DNA from: Octopus vulgaris
Lineage: Eukaryota
Direction of reading: 5' to 3'
NCBI GenBank assembly: GCA_951406725.2
Contig: OX597815.1
Span: 30,876,001 to 30,940,000, forward strand
Length of the DNA stretch: 64,000 bases
Shown here: one piece after another, positions 1 to 12,889 of the stretch
Layout: each line of letters opens with the position of its first letter
How positions within the stretch are numbered: position 1 is the stretch's first letter
Made by a program: the position numbers and the translations under genes
The notes under the pieces: generated by a model
Databases searched by the model: none
The model's input: the letters and a program-made list of their open reading frames with translations, nothing else
Told to the model about the DNA's origin: nothing

Positions 1-365
1 CGGGCGAAATGCTTAGCGGTATTTTGTCTGCTGTTACATTCTGAGTTCAAATTCCACCGAGGTAGACTTTGCCTTTCATCCTTTCGGGGTCGATAAATAA
101 GTACCAGTTACGCACTGGAATCGATATAATCGACTTAATCCGTTTCTCTGCCTTATTTGTCCCCTCTGTGTTTAGCCCCTTGTGGGCACTAAAGAAATAG
201 AAATAGGTATTTCACCAATCGCTACGTTCTGAGTCCAAATTCCTCCGAGGGTGACTTTGCCTTTCACCCCTCGGGGTCGATAAATTAAGTACCAGTGAAA
301 CGATGTAACGACTACTCCCCTCCTCCAAAATTTTAAACCTTGGGCCTTTAGCAAAAAGGATTATT
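1..365 (+). mobile_element. tRNA-derived SINE family A (copy cut by the window edge, followed by a partial second copy)
   Basis: B-box-like gagttcaaattcc followed by gcctttcatcctttcggggtcgataaataagtaccag, which resembles the Meta-type SINE central domain as I recall it. The same sequence recurs about 10 times in the window. Confidence 0.85.
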
Positions 366-594
366 AGCGTTTATCTTATTATCACTGTCGACGCTCACAG
401 TTAAAATTCCTACTGTAGAATTTGAACCCGGAAATTTAATCTAAATCTTCAATGGAAACAGACTCTGAAAGTTATTAGGGCTTTTAGAATACTAAGAGTT
501 TTTTTTTAACAGTACTACATTTGTTCTACAATATGCACTACAGATATAAATATGCAGATTGAGGGCAAATTATAACTATTAGACGTAAGAAATA

Positions 595-775
595 TCCTTT
601 TTAATTATGAGCACAAGGCCTAAAATTTTGCCGGAGGTGAATAGAGGATTACATCAACCCCATTATTCGACTGGTACTAAGGGTTGAAATGATTGAAATG
701 AAAGGTAAAGTCGATCTTAGCGGAATTCGAACTTAGAACGAAATGCCGCAAAATAGTTTGTCTAGCTCGCCGTCT
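595..775 (-). mobile_element. SINE family A, diverged
   Basis: Reverse complement of family A motifs: ctggtact...gaaaggtaaagtcgatcttagcggaattcgaact...agctcgcc. Confidence 0.7.
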
Positions 776-1389
776 CCACAAATAAATATTTAAAAAATTG
801 TTTTGTACACTAAAATCTTTATTCAATAATAAAACAACTCAACTTTTGGTTTAAATAAGTAAAAGAACTCGCCATTGTCATGCTGCAATCAAGTGTTAAA
901 GAAGGCAGTATCATAAATTTCTAGTCTTTTAGGAAATAGGATAGCAAAATAAAGTTGCAGATTTAGTCTCTTCCCCAAGGCTTAGAATTTCTCTTTCAAA
1001 AGTAAACTTTATTAATGTGGGTGATAAACTTGACAGCGCACTTATTGAAACAATCTCACTAACTTTGCTACTGAAAGATTTCGCGTCTTCATAAATAGTA
1101 TTATCCTTCAACGAAGAAAGAGAGCCTAAAGTATAAATAAAATTAGATCCAAAATTCCTCATTCAACTAGTTTAACAAATCCCCTCTCGAAACATAGTGT
1201 ATCATAATAAATCACGGGTTGACAGTCTTTATTATACCATTGCATTTTTTTCGTGGCAAAAGCAAGCTTGTTTTTACATTCGAGTAGGTCATCTTCGGCT
1301 AAGAAATCACTTGTGTATACGCACACTTTAATTTTACTAAAAGTAGAAGACCAGCGAAGCTAGGAGACGCCGACAAGAGTACACTATCT

Positions 1390-1807
1390 GGATCTTTTCG
1401 GTTTGAACGGCAGTTTTTAACATAATTTCTAGGTAACTTTTAACGCACTTTTAAACTTCGTATACTGGTAGAATGTGTTTATAAAACATCTTTTTCTCTT
1501 GGCTTTATTGAGAAAATTCTATAGTTTGTAAGATATTTGTTGTTGTTTTTCTTCAATTTCTGCAACTTCAACCAATCAATGACGTCTATTGAAGTAAAAA
1601 ACATTCTGTGCCGTATGAATATGTCCCTCGTTTAAGAAACTTATTGGATTTATTTACATTTGTGAAGAAAAAAAGATGCCATTTCCCCCACCCCTAACCC
1701 TAAAACAGATTGAAATGCAATAGATCGATACTAGGGTCATAATTATGGGTGACAATTTCATATGACACCGCTAGAAAAAAAAACTGCCGTTCAAACCGAA
1801 AAGATCC
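1390..1807. mobile_element. MITE with ~28-bp TIRs and 8-bp TSD (Merlin-like termini)
   Basis: Ends are ggatcttttcggtttgaacggcagtttt and aaaactgccgttcaaaccgaaaagatcc. Flanks are cactatct (1382-1389) and tactatct (1808-1815). Confidence 0.85.
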
Positions 1808-2283
1808 TACTATCTAAAAGCATACAAGTGCTCATAAGGTATTTCCTCGGTAGCACTCGAGAACAGAAACCGAGTAGAATGAAGAGATCTGGAAAGAATA
1901 TCGTTCGAACGTAATTCCGGGAGATTCAGTGATTTTATTGCTACTTGCATTTTATTAGTAATTAAAGCATACCCGTATCGTCAAAATTGCCGACAGTTTT
2001 ATTGATAACAGAAAATGGCAAAACAAAACAATTTTAGCAATCGAGGAAATATATGTACATACGCAGCATTGAAGCATCTGAAGAATCAGAAACAACGGTT
2101 GTTACGTTTCGCTTGAAAATATCGTCTACAATATCTATCTATAAATATATATAATCACTGTGACCGACCAGGCTATCAGATGTTGCTACATATCGCTGGT
2201 CACAATGCGCTTCGTATTATTTTAGCCTTCAAATGACGCCACCCCGCTGGCTAATCGAGCAGGCCAATATATATATATATATG

Positions 2284-2342
<59 letters not shown>

Positions 2343-2463
2343 ATATTTCGGAATGGTCATATTGCCAGTTTAGCCAATAAAAACACACGCACTATATATT
2401 TGGTGTTATTTTGCTTCAGTGATATTTATTTTTTACATTAATCTTAATCTTAATATTTAAACG

Positions 2464-2495
<32 letters not shown>

Positions 2496-2600
2496 TTTAA
2501 AAATTGAGGGAGATAAATTAATATTAATTTTAATATCAATTTAAAACCAGTAGTCCAGCATTCAAAAAATCTGAGGGGTCAGAGAAAATTCAAATATATG

Positions 2601-2945
2601 TGTATATTGGCAGGGCTGGCCTGCTAGGTAGCCGGCCAGAATGCTAGAAGAAGATCATCAACGATCAAACTACAAGGGAAATTCTCTAGAGGAAGAATTC
2701 AGCGAACACCAGAACCAACTTTGGCGGGCAGGACATATGAAAAATTAAATAAAAAACAGACTTAAATGCATACCTCGAGGTATGCATTTAAGTCTGTTTT
2801 TTATTTAATTTTTCATATGTCCTGCCCGCCAAAGTTGGTTCTGGTGTTCGCTGAATTCTTCCTCTAGAGAATTTCCCTTGTAGTTTGATCGTTGATGATC
2901 TTCTTCTAGCATTCTGGCCGGCTACCTAGCAGGCCAGCCCTGCCA

Positions 2946-2952
<7 letters not shown>
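2601..2952. repeat. Perfect spacer-less palindrome, 2 x 176 bp
   Basis: Axis at 2776/2777 (tacctc|gaggta). Arms read as exact reverse complements out to tgtatattggcagg / cctgccaatataca. Confidence 0.95.
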
Positions 2953-2976
<24 letters not shown>

Positions 2977-3629
2977 ATCATTTCAACACACAGACTAAGA
3001 AAAATACAAACAAATGCAACACTGGCTTTCCGCTTCGAGCGTGGAATAGACAGATTTTGTACGGCCGCAGGTCCTTCCTGTCGCAAACATTCGCCTTCTT
3101 TCAAGTAACATTTCACCCTGGATTGGTGAAAAATCTTGGATTTTTATCTCATTCTGTTAATCTATATACATATACATATTCTCTTTTTCCTGTCTTTTAC
3201 TGTTTTTACTTGTATTGTTTGTACTGTCTTGTTTTGTTCTTACTGTCCTTTTCTTGCTAACACCAATACCCCTCCGCAAAAAACCCAAATTTTAATTAAT
3301 TTACTTTGCGGAAAGGACTGTTTCAACGAAGTCGCGTCTTGTCCTTACCTTCGAAAAGTAGAGTAGATAAAACAGGGATAACTGAAGAAGGGTAATATTC
3401 CTTGTGTTGTATGTCTCGTACTCTGTTTTTTCGCTGTTTGAATAAAAGTTCGTTTCCATGTTTTTGTTTCTATGTTTTCGTTTCTCATTGTGTTCAACGG
3501 TTTTTTGATGTCCTGTACCCATATATGCATATATAGATGTAGTTATGTACATATATGTATGTATATATGCATATATTTATATATTATTTATATTATAATA
3601 TGATTGAAAGCTACGTATCCTTTTCCAAG

Positions 3630-3669
<40 letters not shown>

Positions 3670-3714
3670 CATATACATATGTACTTTCATATATGTATGC
3701 CTACATATACATAT

Positions 3715-4072
3715 ATTTTTTATTCCTTTATTGTTTTACTTAATTCAGTCATGTGTCTGCGGCCATGCTCTCGCACCGCATTAATCAAACAAATCCACCC
3801 CAGGACTCATTCTTTGTAAACCTAGTACTTATTCTAACGGTCTCTTGCCGAACCGTTAGGGGTACAAACACACGTGGAAGCACACACACGCGCACGTGCG
3901 CGCACACGCACACACACACACTCACAGTTTCCGTCTACCAAATCCACTCAAAAGCATTGGTCGCCCCGAGGTTATAGTACAATTCGCTTACCCAAGGTGC
4001 CACGCAGTTGGACTGAGCCGGGAACCATGTGGTTGAAATGCAAGCTCCTTACCGCACAGCTGCACCTGCGCG
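3715..4072 (-). mobile_element. tRNA-derived SINE family B (CORE-like, internal microsatellite)
   Basis: Reverse complement of the family B consensus seen at 35696-36113: head gcgcaggtgcagctgtgcggtaag, gtggcaccttgggtaag, tail gcatggccgcagacacatgactgaa. Confidence 0.8.
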
Positions 4073-6285
4073 TATATACATGTTGGCTATAGCACCATCA
4101 GTATCGAATCTACCATATATCTAACCTACAGTAACAAGAATACACACATATACATAACATATAAATACATACGTATACATAAGTATTTATACATACATAT
4201 AGGTATCATGATTAATCGGCCGAAATTGTGAGGATGATCCGGTTCTTGACTGAAGATTAGAGGCTTCGTGTTTTTTGTAACGTCTATTTGAATGTTTTGC
4301 GTTCTTGTTCCATTTTGTATATATATATATATATATATATGAATAGCAGCTTACGTACATCTTGTTCTCTTATATGTAAGTACACATTTCACTATATATG
4401 TAGATATATATATATATATACATGCATACATATACATACACACATGCATATGTGCATACGTACGTAAATAGACATGCATACATACATACATTCATATATT
4501 GCAGCTACGTTGTACCTATCTTCTAAAAACTATATACTGCATTCCTTTCACCTACATTTATTTGCACACATTTCGTGAAGCTACAGCTACAGAATGAACG
4601 TGTAGCGATATGTGTCTAGAAATAACTCATACCTTTATATGTAGTTGAAAGGAAGATCTAAATGATTTTGACATGGATAAACAAACACTTTGCGTGAAGA
4701 AATTCGAGAATTAGGATAAACAACGAGATTTAAGACATGAAATATCTCTCACATAACATGCGAAGATGTTTCTAATCTCAGTACATCCCGAATTGTTAGT
4801 AATTTTTCACTATTGGTTTATAGCACACTGAAATGCATTTAAAATCTATATTAATAGTCCACACACCAACCATAGACGATTATTGGCTTTCTTGTTATTA
4901 GTATCTTAATAGATACAATAGATAAGGTAACCGTTAGTATATCCAGTAACTTAAGAGGATTCGAACTCATTATTCTTAGATTGCAATGGGCTGCATAGGA
5001 AATTATGCGAGGCTGTTGTTCATTAAAATTTTGTAGTAACTCTGGAATTCATTTTCCGGTTTGGTTGAACTAGTCAGCGTGATTGGAAGTTATTTTCGAT
5101 ATTAATATTACTCAGTGTCAGGGAGTAAATACGATCTGTCGATTCTGTCTGATAGGCCAGCAATATATCGATTCAGCCATCTTAAGCTCCCACCATCTAC
5201 ACTACATTACACTAAATAAAACTGCGATATATCAAAGTTGTTACTCGTCATAATATATAAAATTCCATATATCTCCATTCCAAAACGCTGTTCATAACAA
5301 CAATAACAACGATTATAGCAAGAAGAACAAGAACAATAACTTAATTACAATCAAACACTAAATACACTAAAACACGATCAGTATCGCAGCTACTATATTT
5401 CTAACCTATAGGAACAAGAATAACGCAACACTGTACGGAAACTGCTGTCAGAATTATATGATATGTTAGCTTGGGGTCATTCAATATGTCAAGATTTACA
5501 TTACACAGATGTCAGTTAGATTCTTTTTTATGTGTTGCCAGACGTTATGCTGCTATGCGATATACACAAGTAGCTGTTTTTATTATGTCCCCTGAATAGT
5601 AGCATTGTTAATTGCTGATGTAGAAATGGCAAGTTATCTTCAACAGAATTGTGATTGTACGTGCGTACCCTGATATCTTGTATTAAAATGCTGGCTTAAA
5701 AATAGTAATTTTCGGAAGCAAATTTCCGTATTTTGTCATTCCATATGAAGAGGAGAAAGAAAAAAGTTCATGATATTTTACAAGGCCTTCAAGAATTGTT
5801 AAAGAAAAGAAAGATCCCACTATTTATGGGTTATTACAGCAGGAAACAATGCTTTGAATTAACAAGTTATTCTTAGACCAGAGTGTCATCCTGACGATTG
5901 CTACAGATTGTGAATTTTTAATTATTTTCTGAGATTTTACAAAAACAACAAAAATATTTTTTAATTTTCTTTTAAAGGCAACTAGGTAAAAGGTAGTGAC
6001 TGAATGTGACACCCATGAACTGGTGTGGCCCATTCAAAATTCTTTTGCAGTTTCCATCTGCCCAAATTCACCCACGAGGTTTGGATCTGACCGAGGCTAT
6101 GTTACAAGAAATTTTCACACAGAGTCTCAAAATAGAATCGAACTCGAAACCACTTGAGTTCGAGGTGAACCTGTTAACTGCATCTCCGTGCCTGCAGTTA
6201 ACATCTGAACTGATGATTGCATCACTGCTAGTTTGGTATAAAAATTCTGCGCCCTCTGAATAGTAATTTCTTGATTGTTGAGTTA

Positions 6286-6895
6286 ATATAGATGTTTTCA
6301 ATCTAATTTGGATTCTTTGCCATAAAATTTGAATTCTTTGCAATCAAATTTGAATTGTTCAATTGGTGCTCGAGCCTTGAAAAAAAAAGAGAGTTAAACT
6401 ACATTAGCCGCAAAGGAATACATGTCTATCTTATCTAACTCGTCCAGTAGAACCCACCAATTGATATCTGAAAATGTCGATGAAATAGCTCATGAGCACT
6501 GCGATAGCTTCTACCAAAAGATGCTCTGTTATGTCGACCGGTCTGAACAAGGAGAGATAATAGAAAAAGAATCATTCGTTTATTATCTCCGCTTGTTCAA
6601 CCGGTCGATATGACGGAGCATCTTTTGGTAGAAGGAATGGCAGTGTTCATGAGTTATTTCATCGAACTTTTCAAATATCAATTGGTGGGCTCTACTGGAC
6701 GACTTAGATAAGATAGACATGTACTCCCTTACGGTTGTAGTTTAACTCTCTTTTTTTTTCAAGGCTTGAGCACCAATTAAAAAATTTAAATTTGATTGTC
6801 ATGAATTCAAATTTGATTTCAAAGGATTCAAATTTGATTGCAAAGGATTCAAATTTGATGGCAAAGAATCCAAACTAGATCGAAAACATCTATAT
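6286..6895. mobile_element. Foldback / long-TIR MITE, ~610 bp
   Basis: ~275-315-bp imperfect inverted arms from atatagatgttttc to gaaaacatctatat, an ~18-nt loop near 6563-6580, and subterminal ~21-bp tandem units (caaaggattcaaatttgattg). Confidence 0.85.
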
Positions 6896-7632
6896 GTTTT
6901 CCTATTTAGCAGGTCAAGCACGGAAGAACAATGGTTAGTATTAAGTTACTTTTACGGAAACTTATGATTATAATGCTCTCAGAAAAAGGAAGCATCGCCA
7001 GAGTTACTCTATATTTCCTGAACAATTGACGTTCATGATTATCGAGGGAATGCGAAGGAACTTACGCTGATACTGCAATAACAAGCTACCAGTGTTTCTC
7101 TTATGAATAAATAAATACCAGAAATATTTATTTTTCTATAAGTGTAATGCTGATGAATTACAGATCTAACATCTATAACCATTCGGAATATTTAAATTCA
7201 TTTACTGGTTTCAGTCACTGGACATTGGCCATGCCGAGGCACCATCTTCAAAGTTGTTTTAGCTGATCATATCGACTGCAATAATTGATGTAGTCTGGTT
7301 CTTTATTTTATTGATGTATGTTTGTTGAAACCTTGGTTGCAAGACATAAAGGAACACAGCATAAACAAAATCGAATTTTACGTAGGTGTTAGACATAAAC
7401 CCGGACAAACACATATGCACACACATTCACATACACCCGTATACATACCCATATATACACACAAGAACGCACACCCATATACAGGATTCTGCTCATCTCG
7501 AGATACTGGTTACAACTATGTGCTAGAAGAACACATTCGCCCTAGGTTTATAGTTCGATGAGATTGGATCCGGAACCACATGGTTATACATACATAAATA
7601 TTGGTTCGTTTACTCGAGCAATATTTATAAAC

Positions 7633-7968
7633 CCGGCTCAGTGGTTAGAGCGTCGAGCTTACGATCGTGAGGTTGTGAGCTCGAATCCCGGACCGGGTTG
7701 CGTGTTGTGTTCTCGAGCAAGGCACTTTATTTCACGTTGCTCCAGTTCACTCAGCTGTAGAAATGAGTTGCGACGTCACTGGTGCCAAGCTGTATCGACC
7801 TTTGTCTTTCCCTTGGATAACACTGGTGGCGTGGAGAGGGGAGGCTGGTATGCATGGGCGACTGCTGGCCCTCCATAAAACAACCTTGCCCGGACTTGTG
7901 TCTAGGAGAGTAACTTTCTAGGTGCAATCCCATGGTCATTCATGACCGAAGGGGGTCTTTACCCTTTA
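7633..7968 (+). mobile_element. tRNA-derived SINE (family C type head)
   Basis: A-box-like ggctcagtggttagagc, B-box-like gagctcgaatcc, then gtgttctcgagcaaggcactt (CORE-like) and a unique tail. Confidence 0.75.
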
Positions 7969-8094
7969 TTCTGTGCTAGAAAAATATATTGTTTATTACA
8001 AAAAATTGTAGATGTTCTGTGTATATGGTTTTGATATACTGAACAAAATTAATTGTCCTATCGGCATGGTTTTCAGTTGAGGAAATAAGATATA

Positions 8095-8450
8095 GATGCA
8101 GGTATATTATAATTAAGAAGTTTCTTTTCGCAACTATCTAATCTCACTGTGCACCATCTTTGTTAAGCGTCTTCATCTATAGCTGGGGTTCATCAAAGCC
8201 TTTTGAGTGAATGTGGTGGATGGATAGAAATTGTGCGGAAGCCTGTTTTTATGTATATATTTTATAAGTGTGTGTGCGCTTGGGTTTCTCTTCAAATCAC
8301 TTGAAAACAGGTGTCTCTTAACTTAGCGAAAGGGGCTGGTTGAAAAGTCCCAAGCTTAAACACTAAGGCTGATTTGTTCGATTAACCCCACAAGACGGCA
8401 GTCCTGCGTGACAGCAGTCCAATAAATGAAACAAAAGTTTAAAAAGGAGA
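8095..8450 (+). mobile_element. SINE family B, old and diverged
   Basis: gatgcagg...ctcactgtgcaccatctt...caaagccttttgagtgaat...cagcagtccaataaatgaaacaaaag aligns loosely with family B. Confidence 0.55.
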
Positions 8451-9443
8451 GAAAAAAATGAGCCCTGGAAAGACATACCAGCGTAATGTGGTGAGAATCC
8501 CGTATTCATAAAGTTGAGATGTTCCCGTGGCTGGTATCATTTTCATGGGTGAAATTGTGTTGCATAATTATAACGACCAATTAAAGTATTGTATTTTTCT
8601 ATCTGTCTGAATCAATGACTGACAGATAATAATACAGTTCTGAAATGTTATTCTTGGGAGACAGAACACCATATTGGAGACTACAATTAAACTATAAATT
8701 TAGGCTTGATGACAATCTAAATAGTCATATCATTATCCAGTCGTCTGCATCTGTCATAGCACTGTAGCGTTACTTAAATGTCAAATGTGTTGACTAACGT
8801 TACTTGTCAACATGTCTGATTGACAAGATTTTAAAGAGTATTTACTCGGGGTAAAAGGACTTCTCATAAAAGAAAAACAGTAATTATGTCTTGCCACGTC
8901 CTTCCAGCTGCGCCTCGGAAATTAGTCAACGAACTTCGTATCTTGTCTGTCTATGAAAGAATGGAAATGTTGAACGAAATTAGATTGAAGTGCATTTAGA
9001 ATATTAGATTGATCAGCATTTAGTAATATCTGCTACCAACTAACAATCGATTTGAATAAATTATTCCTAACAAATCTGTTACTAAAGTAACTTCATTGGT
9101 TTCATTGGTGATGTCACTAGAATCTCTAACATATTTAACACCGTAAACCTGAGGGTATTGAAATGGAAAATAAGACGAGTGATTGTTAAATAGAATCGAA
9201 AGGACACCAGAATTTTTTTTCTTTTTCTTTTTTGCAGTATTCACTTGCATGCCACATTGTTCTGAAATGAAATTGCCTCAGAAATTTTGTCTTTCTTACT
9301 TTTGGTATCAACCTCTTCATTATCTTATTATATGTGTGATATGCTTGCCATATGCGTGTATGCGTGTGTGCCTGTGAGAGTGAATTATGTACAGTCGGGC
9401 ACTCAACTCTAGACTGAATTCTAGGCAGCTTTATCATGACATA

Positions 9444-10686
9444 TAAGGATCAGCTGAGAAGTTCATAGGCTGACAAAGATACTCTCATGGAATGTGACCA
9501 AATGAAGTATATTTTTCAACATAGACACTTTTGCGATTCACACACTTCTTCCACCGACGTTGCTTGGATTCCATTGGTGAAGAAATCTTCATCCTGTTGG
9601 TCAAAATAGCTATCAACAACGGATGTGACGTCATCATCACTGCGACGCTGGTTCCCAGTCAGGTATTTCTTCATGATAGTCAGATGGAACCGAATCAGGA
9701 CATTAGGGAGGCCGATCAACTGGTTCAAAGCCACCGTCATGCACATCATCCATTGAAACCAAGCACTTGTGTGCTGAAGTACTGTCCTTCCTGATAAACA
9801 AGATCCTCTTCGTTATTCTTCCTGGGCCTTTGGTCTTGATAGCCTTTGATAACTATCTCAGCGAGTTGGCATATTACTCTCCACTGATGGTGTAACCCTT
9901 TAGAAGATAGCCAATAAACACAATGCCTTTTGCACACCAAAAAACTAAGGCCATTACCCTCCCTGCAGCTGGAATGAATTTGGTCATCTTTGCAGCAGGT
10001 AAGAAAGGGTATATCCACTGCAGAAATTATCTCTTTGTCTCTGGGTCTAATTGATCAAGCCAACACTCATTCTGAGTTAGAAAACGTTCAATGAAATCAG
10101 CTGGATCTGCCTCAGATTTTCTCGTGAAGTATGCAGCCTGGTACGCTTTTGATTACATGTCAGTAGACGTGGCACCCACCACAGACACCTGTGCCATGCC
10201 AAGTTAATTTTACAGAATACTCTCAACTTCCCCATGGAATATGCTAATAGCATTGGCTTTTCGACTGATAGCCAATCTCCTGTCATCCATCATCATTTAA
10301 GCAACTCGGCCGCTGCTTTCCTCGATGGTAACAGTTCCAGGACGCCCAGATCGTGGGGCATCTTCAAGATACTCCCTTCCTCACCTAAATTCAGCTAGCC
10401 ACTTTTGTTAATAAAGTTGAAAAGTCACCTCCTAATGTAGCAACTATGTCAACATCAATGTCCTTAGGGGCAAAACACTTTTTTCTGCAGGTACTTGATA
10501 TTACCACGATGCTAAATTTTGCCTAGTTCAATGAAAGTTGCAACTTGTTACTTTTGACTTTTCCTTTGAACAGTCAGATAACTGTTTACCTGGAAAGAAA
10601 CAATGCAGTTATTAATAAAACACATACAATATTTCACAGCTATAGAATCCCTATTTCATAGTCAGCTTATGAACTTTTTAAGGATA
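9444..10686 (-). mobile_element. Tc1/mariner transposon, near full length, transposase pseudogenised
   Basis: TIR cores are aagttcataggctgac (9459-9474) and gtcagcttatgaactt (10661-10676). Minus-strand fragments WVPRLLTCNQKRTR (WVPHEL-type motif) and DDDVTSVVDSYFDQQDEDFFTNGIQ (mariner C-terminus), with stops and frameshifts. Confidence 0.85.
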
Positions 10687-11463
10687 CATTCTGTGTCCTT
10701 TTATTATAATCTAACTCTGTAGCCAGCCCTGTCGAAGAAGTAAAGAAACTTTGTGACGTGAGTGCAATTTTTATTTGAAATTCTGGTAACCTCTCTCAAC
10801 GAATGTGATTTGAAATTCCCTATATGCAACACAACCTTTTTCCACTCTATAAATGTTTGACCTTGTGGGCAAGTAAGAAATCCTTATGATAACGAAAAAG
10901 GCTACGCAGAAGTTACATAACTGGTTTATATACTTCAGAGTGTTAAGTTTGATGTCTCACATTTCTGTTATCAAATAAAGCTACGCTCGGCCTTATATTG
11001 CATAATTCTAGTGTTTATAAAATAAGTAATGAATGGTCAAAAGTTAACCATTCACGAGTCATCTGGAATATAAAGTATTTGTAACTTATAATCTAAAGAC
11101 GTTATTGAATTAATAAATAACGAAAAAAAGATCCTCCTTTTATGCAAGTGTGACTAATATAATACTGATATTTATAACCAATCAATTTTCTTGAATGCAT
11201 TTGCTGCAAAAATGGACAAATAATTCTCAATTGAACAACATTACAACATAATGGTGCGGCCAATTGTTTGATTATCTTCAGGATTGTCTTTTTGTTGCAA
11301 ATTGCATCACAGAATTCTAACGAAAGTGTGAGAAATCGAATTGGTTGCTTGACTTTAAGCAAAAATTGCTCCACTTACCACTATTGTTTTTTTCCTTCTT
11401 CTCTTTCTCAATCAATTAGGATACAAAGAATTCCGATAAATAAGTAAATCTATTAATGCACTA

Positions 11464-11524
<61 letters not shown>

Positions 11525-11678
11525 ACACAAACACACACACACACACACATACACACACACATTTATACGCAGACATATATGTGTGCGTGTCTGTGTGAAT
11601 ATCCACGTTCCAGTATGCTGCGTATGTGTGCATGACTGTATTATATCTATATATATAACTCGCTCTCTCTCACTCTCA

Positions 11679-11712
<34 letters not shown>

Positions 11713-11984
11713 ATAAATATAGAGTATTGGTACAACAAGGCACCAATGTTTACTGGAGATAGCAGTCGATGCATTTACGACGCTATAGTAAAGCTTTAAT
11801 GTGAATATACTGGCAAAGACGTGTGAGGGCAACGAACATTAAAAATTCTGTTTTACCTCTAGGAAGAACATTAGATAAATGGACAACCCAGAATCGGATA
11901 ATCTAGTACCTAGGTTTCGGACTCTTCAAATACGTTTGTTATCGTAAATTTGATTAGTCTTCTTCAGCTAGATTTATCTGGAAA

Positions 11985-12725
11985 ATATTTCAAATATTGC
12001 ATTGAAATTCGCCAGTGGAATTGGGGCTTTTCTTAAGTATGGCTCTCAGCTGGATATAAAAAATAGTTTTATCTTCATCACAACTAGTCAAAGTAGGTGC
12101 ATAGGCACTTATTAGTGTAGTAAACCGCCTACCTTTCAAGTGCAATCGTAGAGTTATTAGACGTTAATTTATAGGAAAAAGAAGTTTGTCCAACTTCTTA
12201 AGAATATCAGATCGAACTGCAAAGCGAACACTAGCATCTCTGCGCTCCTCCTTCTGTTTCCCCTTCCACAAAAATGTGTATCAACCTCCTACTTCCTCAA
12301 GCTGTCCATCGGCTTCTATATGAGTCTCTGAAAGTGCAGCTATATCAATGTTATAGCGGTTCAGCTCGCGAGCAACAACTACAGTGCGTCTTTCAGGCCT
12401 ACAATCAAGATTTTGTAAATAAAAGTCTCTTTGCTTTTCGAGCGTAGAGTGGGTAGCTGTCAGTCGCGCTTAACTGACTCGGTATATAAAGAAAGGCAAT
12501 TTCCTTTCACCTTTTCTAGAACCTCCCCGGTATCCGGGTGAGCAGTGTCGTCTCCAAATGGAGCTGCTCAGACACCCATGCAACAACAGAATCCTACCGC
12601 CGTCTTGGGCGATAAGGAGACGACTTTATATTTAGCATAGGCTGCCTACGTGCAGTTCGCTGACTACATGCTTCCAACTCGTCAGGTCTGCATGCTTCAC
12701 CACCTTCCCATCGCCGCAGGACTTC
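11985..12725 (-). mobile_element. RTE-clade LINE 5' fragment with AP endonuclease domain (decayed)
   Basis: Manual minus-strand translation: RPERRTVVVARELNRYNIDIAALSETH...YTFLWKG...LRLHLKGRRFTTLISAYAPTLTSCDEDKTIFYIQL, typical RTE APE motifs. Confidence 0.85.
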
Positions 12726-12782
12726 CGAATAAAAACAAAATAAATATATGCTAAAAATAAAGATACTAAAAATAAAATACAT

Positions 12783-12865
12783 ATAAGTCCCGGGGACGAT
12801 TTGCTCGACTAAAGGCGGTGCTCCAGCATGGCAGCAGTCAAATGACTGAAACAAGTAAAAGAGTA
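12783..12865 (+). mobile_element. SINE family B 3' tail
   Basis: ataagtcccggggacgatttgctcgactaaaggcggtgctccagcatggcagcagtcaaatgactgaaacaagtaaaagag, near-identical to 36025-36110. Confidence 0.8.
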
Positions 12866-12889
12866 ATATATAGGGGGATAAAATGCAGC

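Noticed and set aside
2070-2110. CTGAAGA...GAAAC hammerhead-like spacing
   Set aside because: No stem II and no stem I complementarity.
3375-3425. ctgaagaagg...cctt hairpin in a TA-embedded repeat
   Set aside because: It lacks the GAAA box and cleavage triplet, so no ribozyme can be called.
5105-5200. Minus-strand exon-like frame DGGSLRWLNRYIAGLSDRIDRSYLLPDTE
   Set aside because: Looks more like a very degenerate SINE family A head, and the donor is weak.
9020-9148. Minus-strand acceptor (ttttccatttcaataccctcag) followed by VYGVKYVRDSSDITNETNEVTL
   Set aside because: No convincing donor or recognisable homology. It cannot be supported without RNA data.
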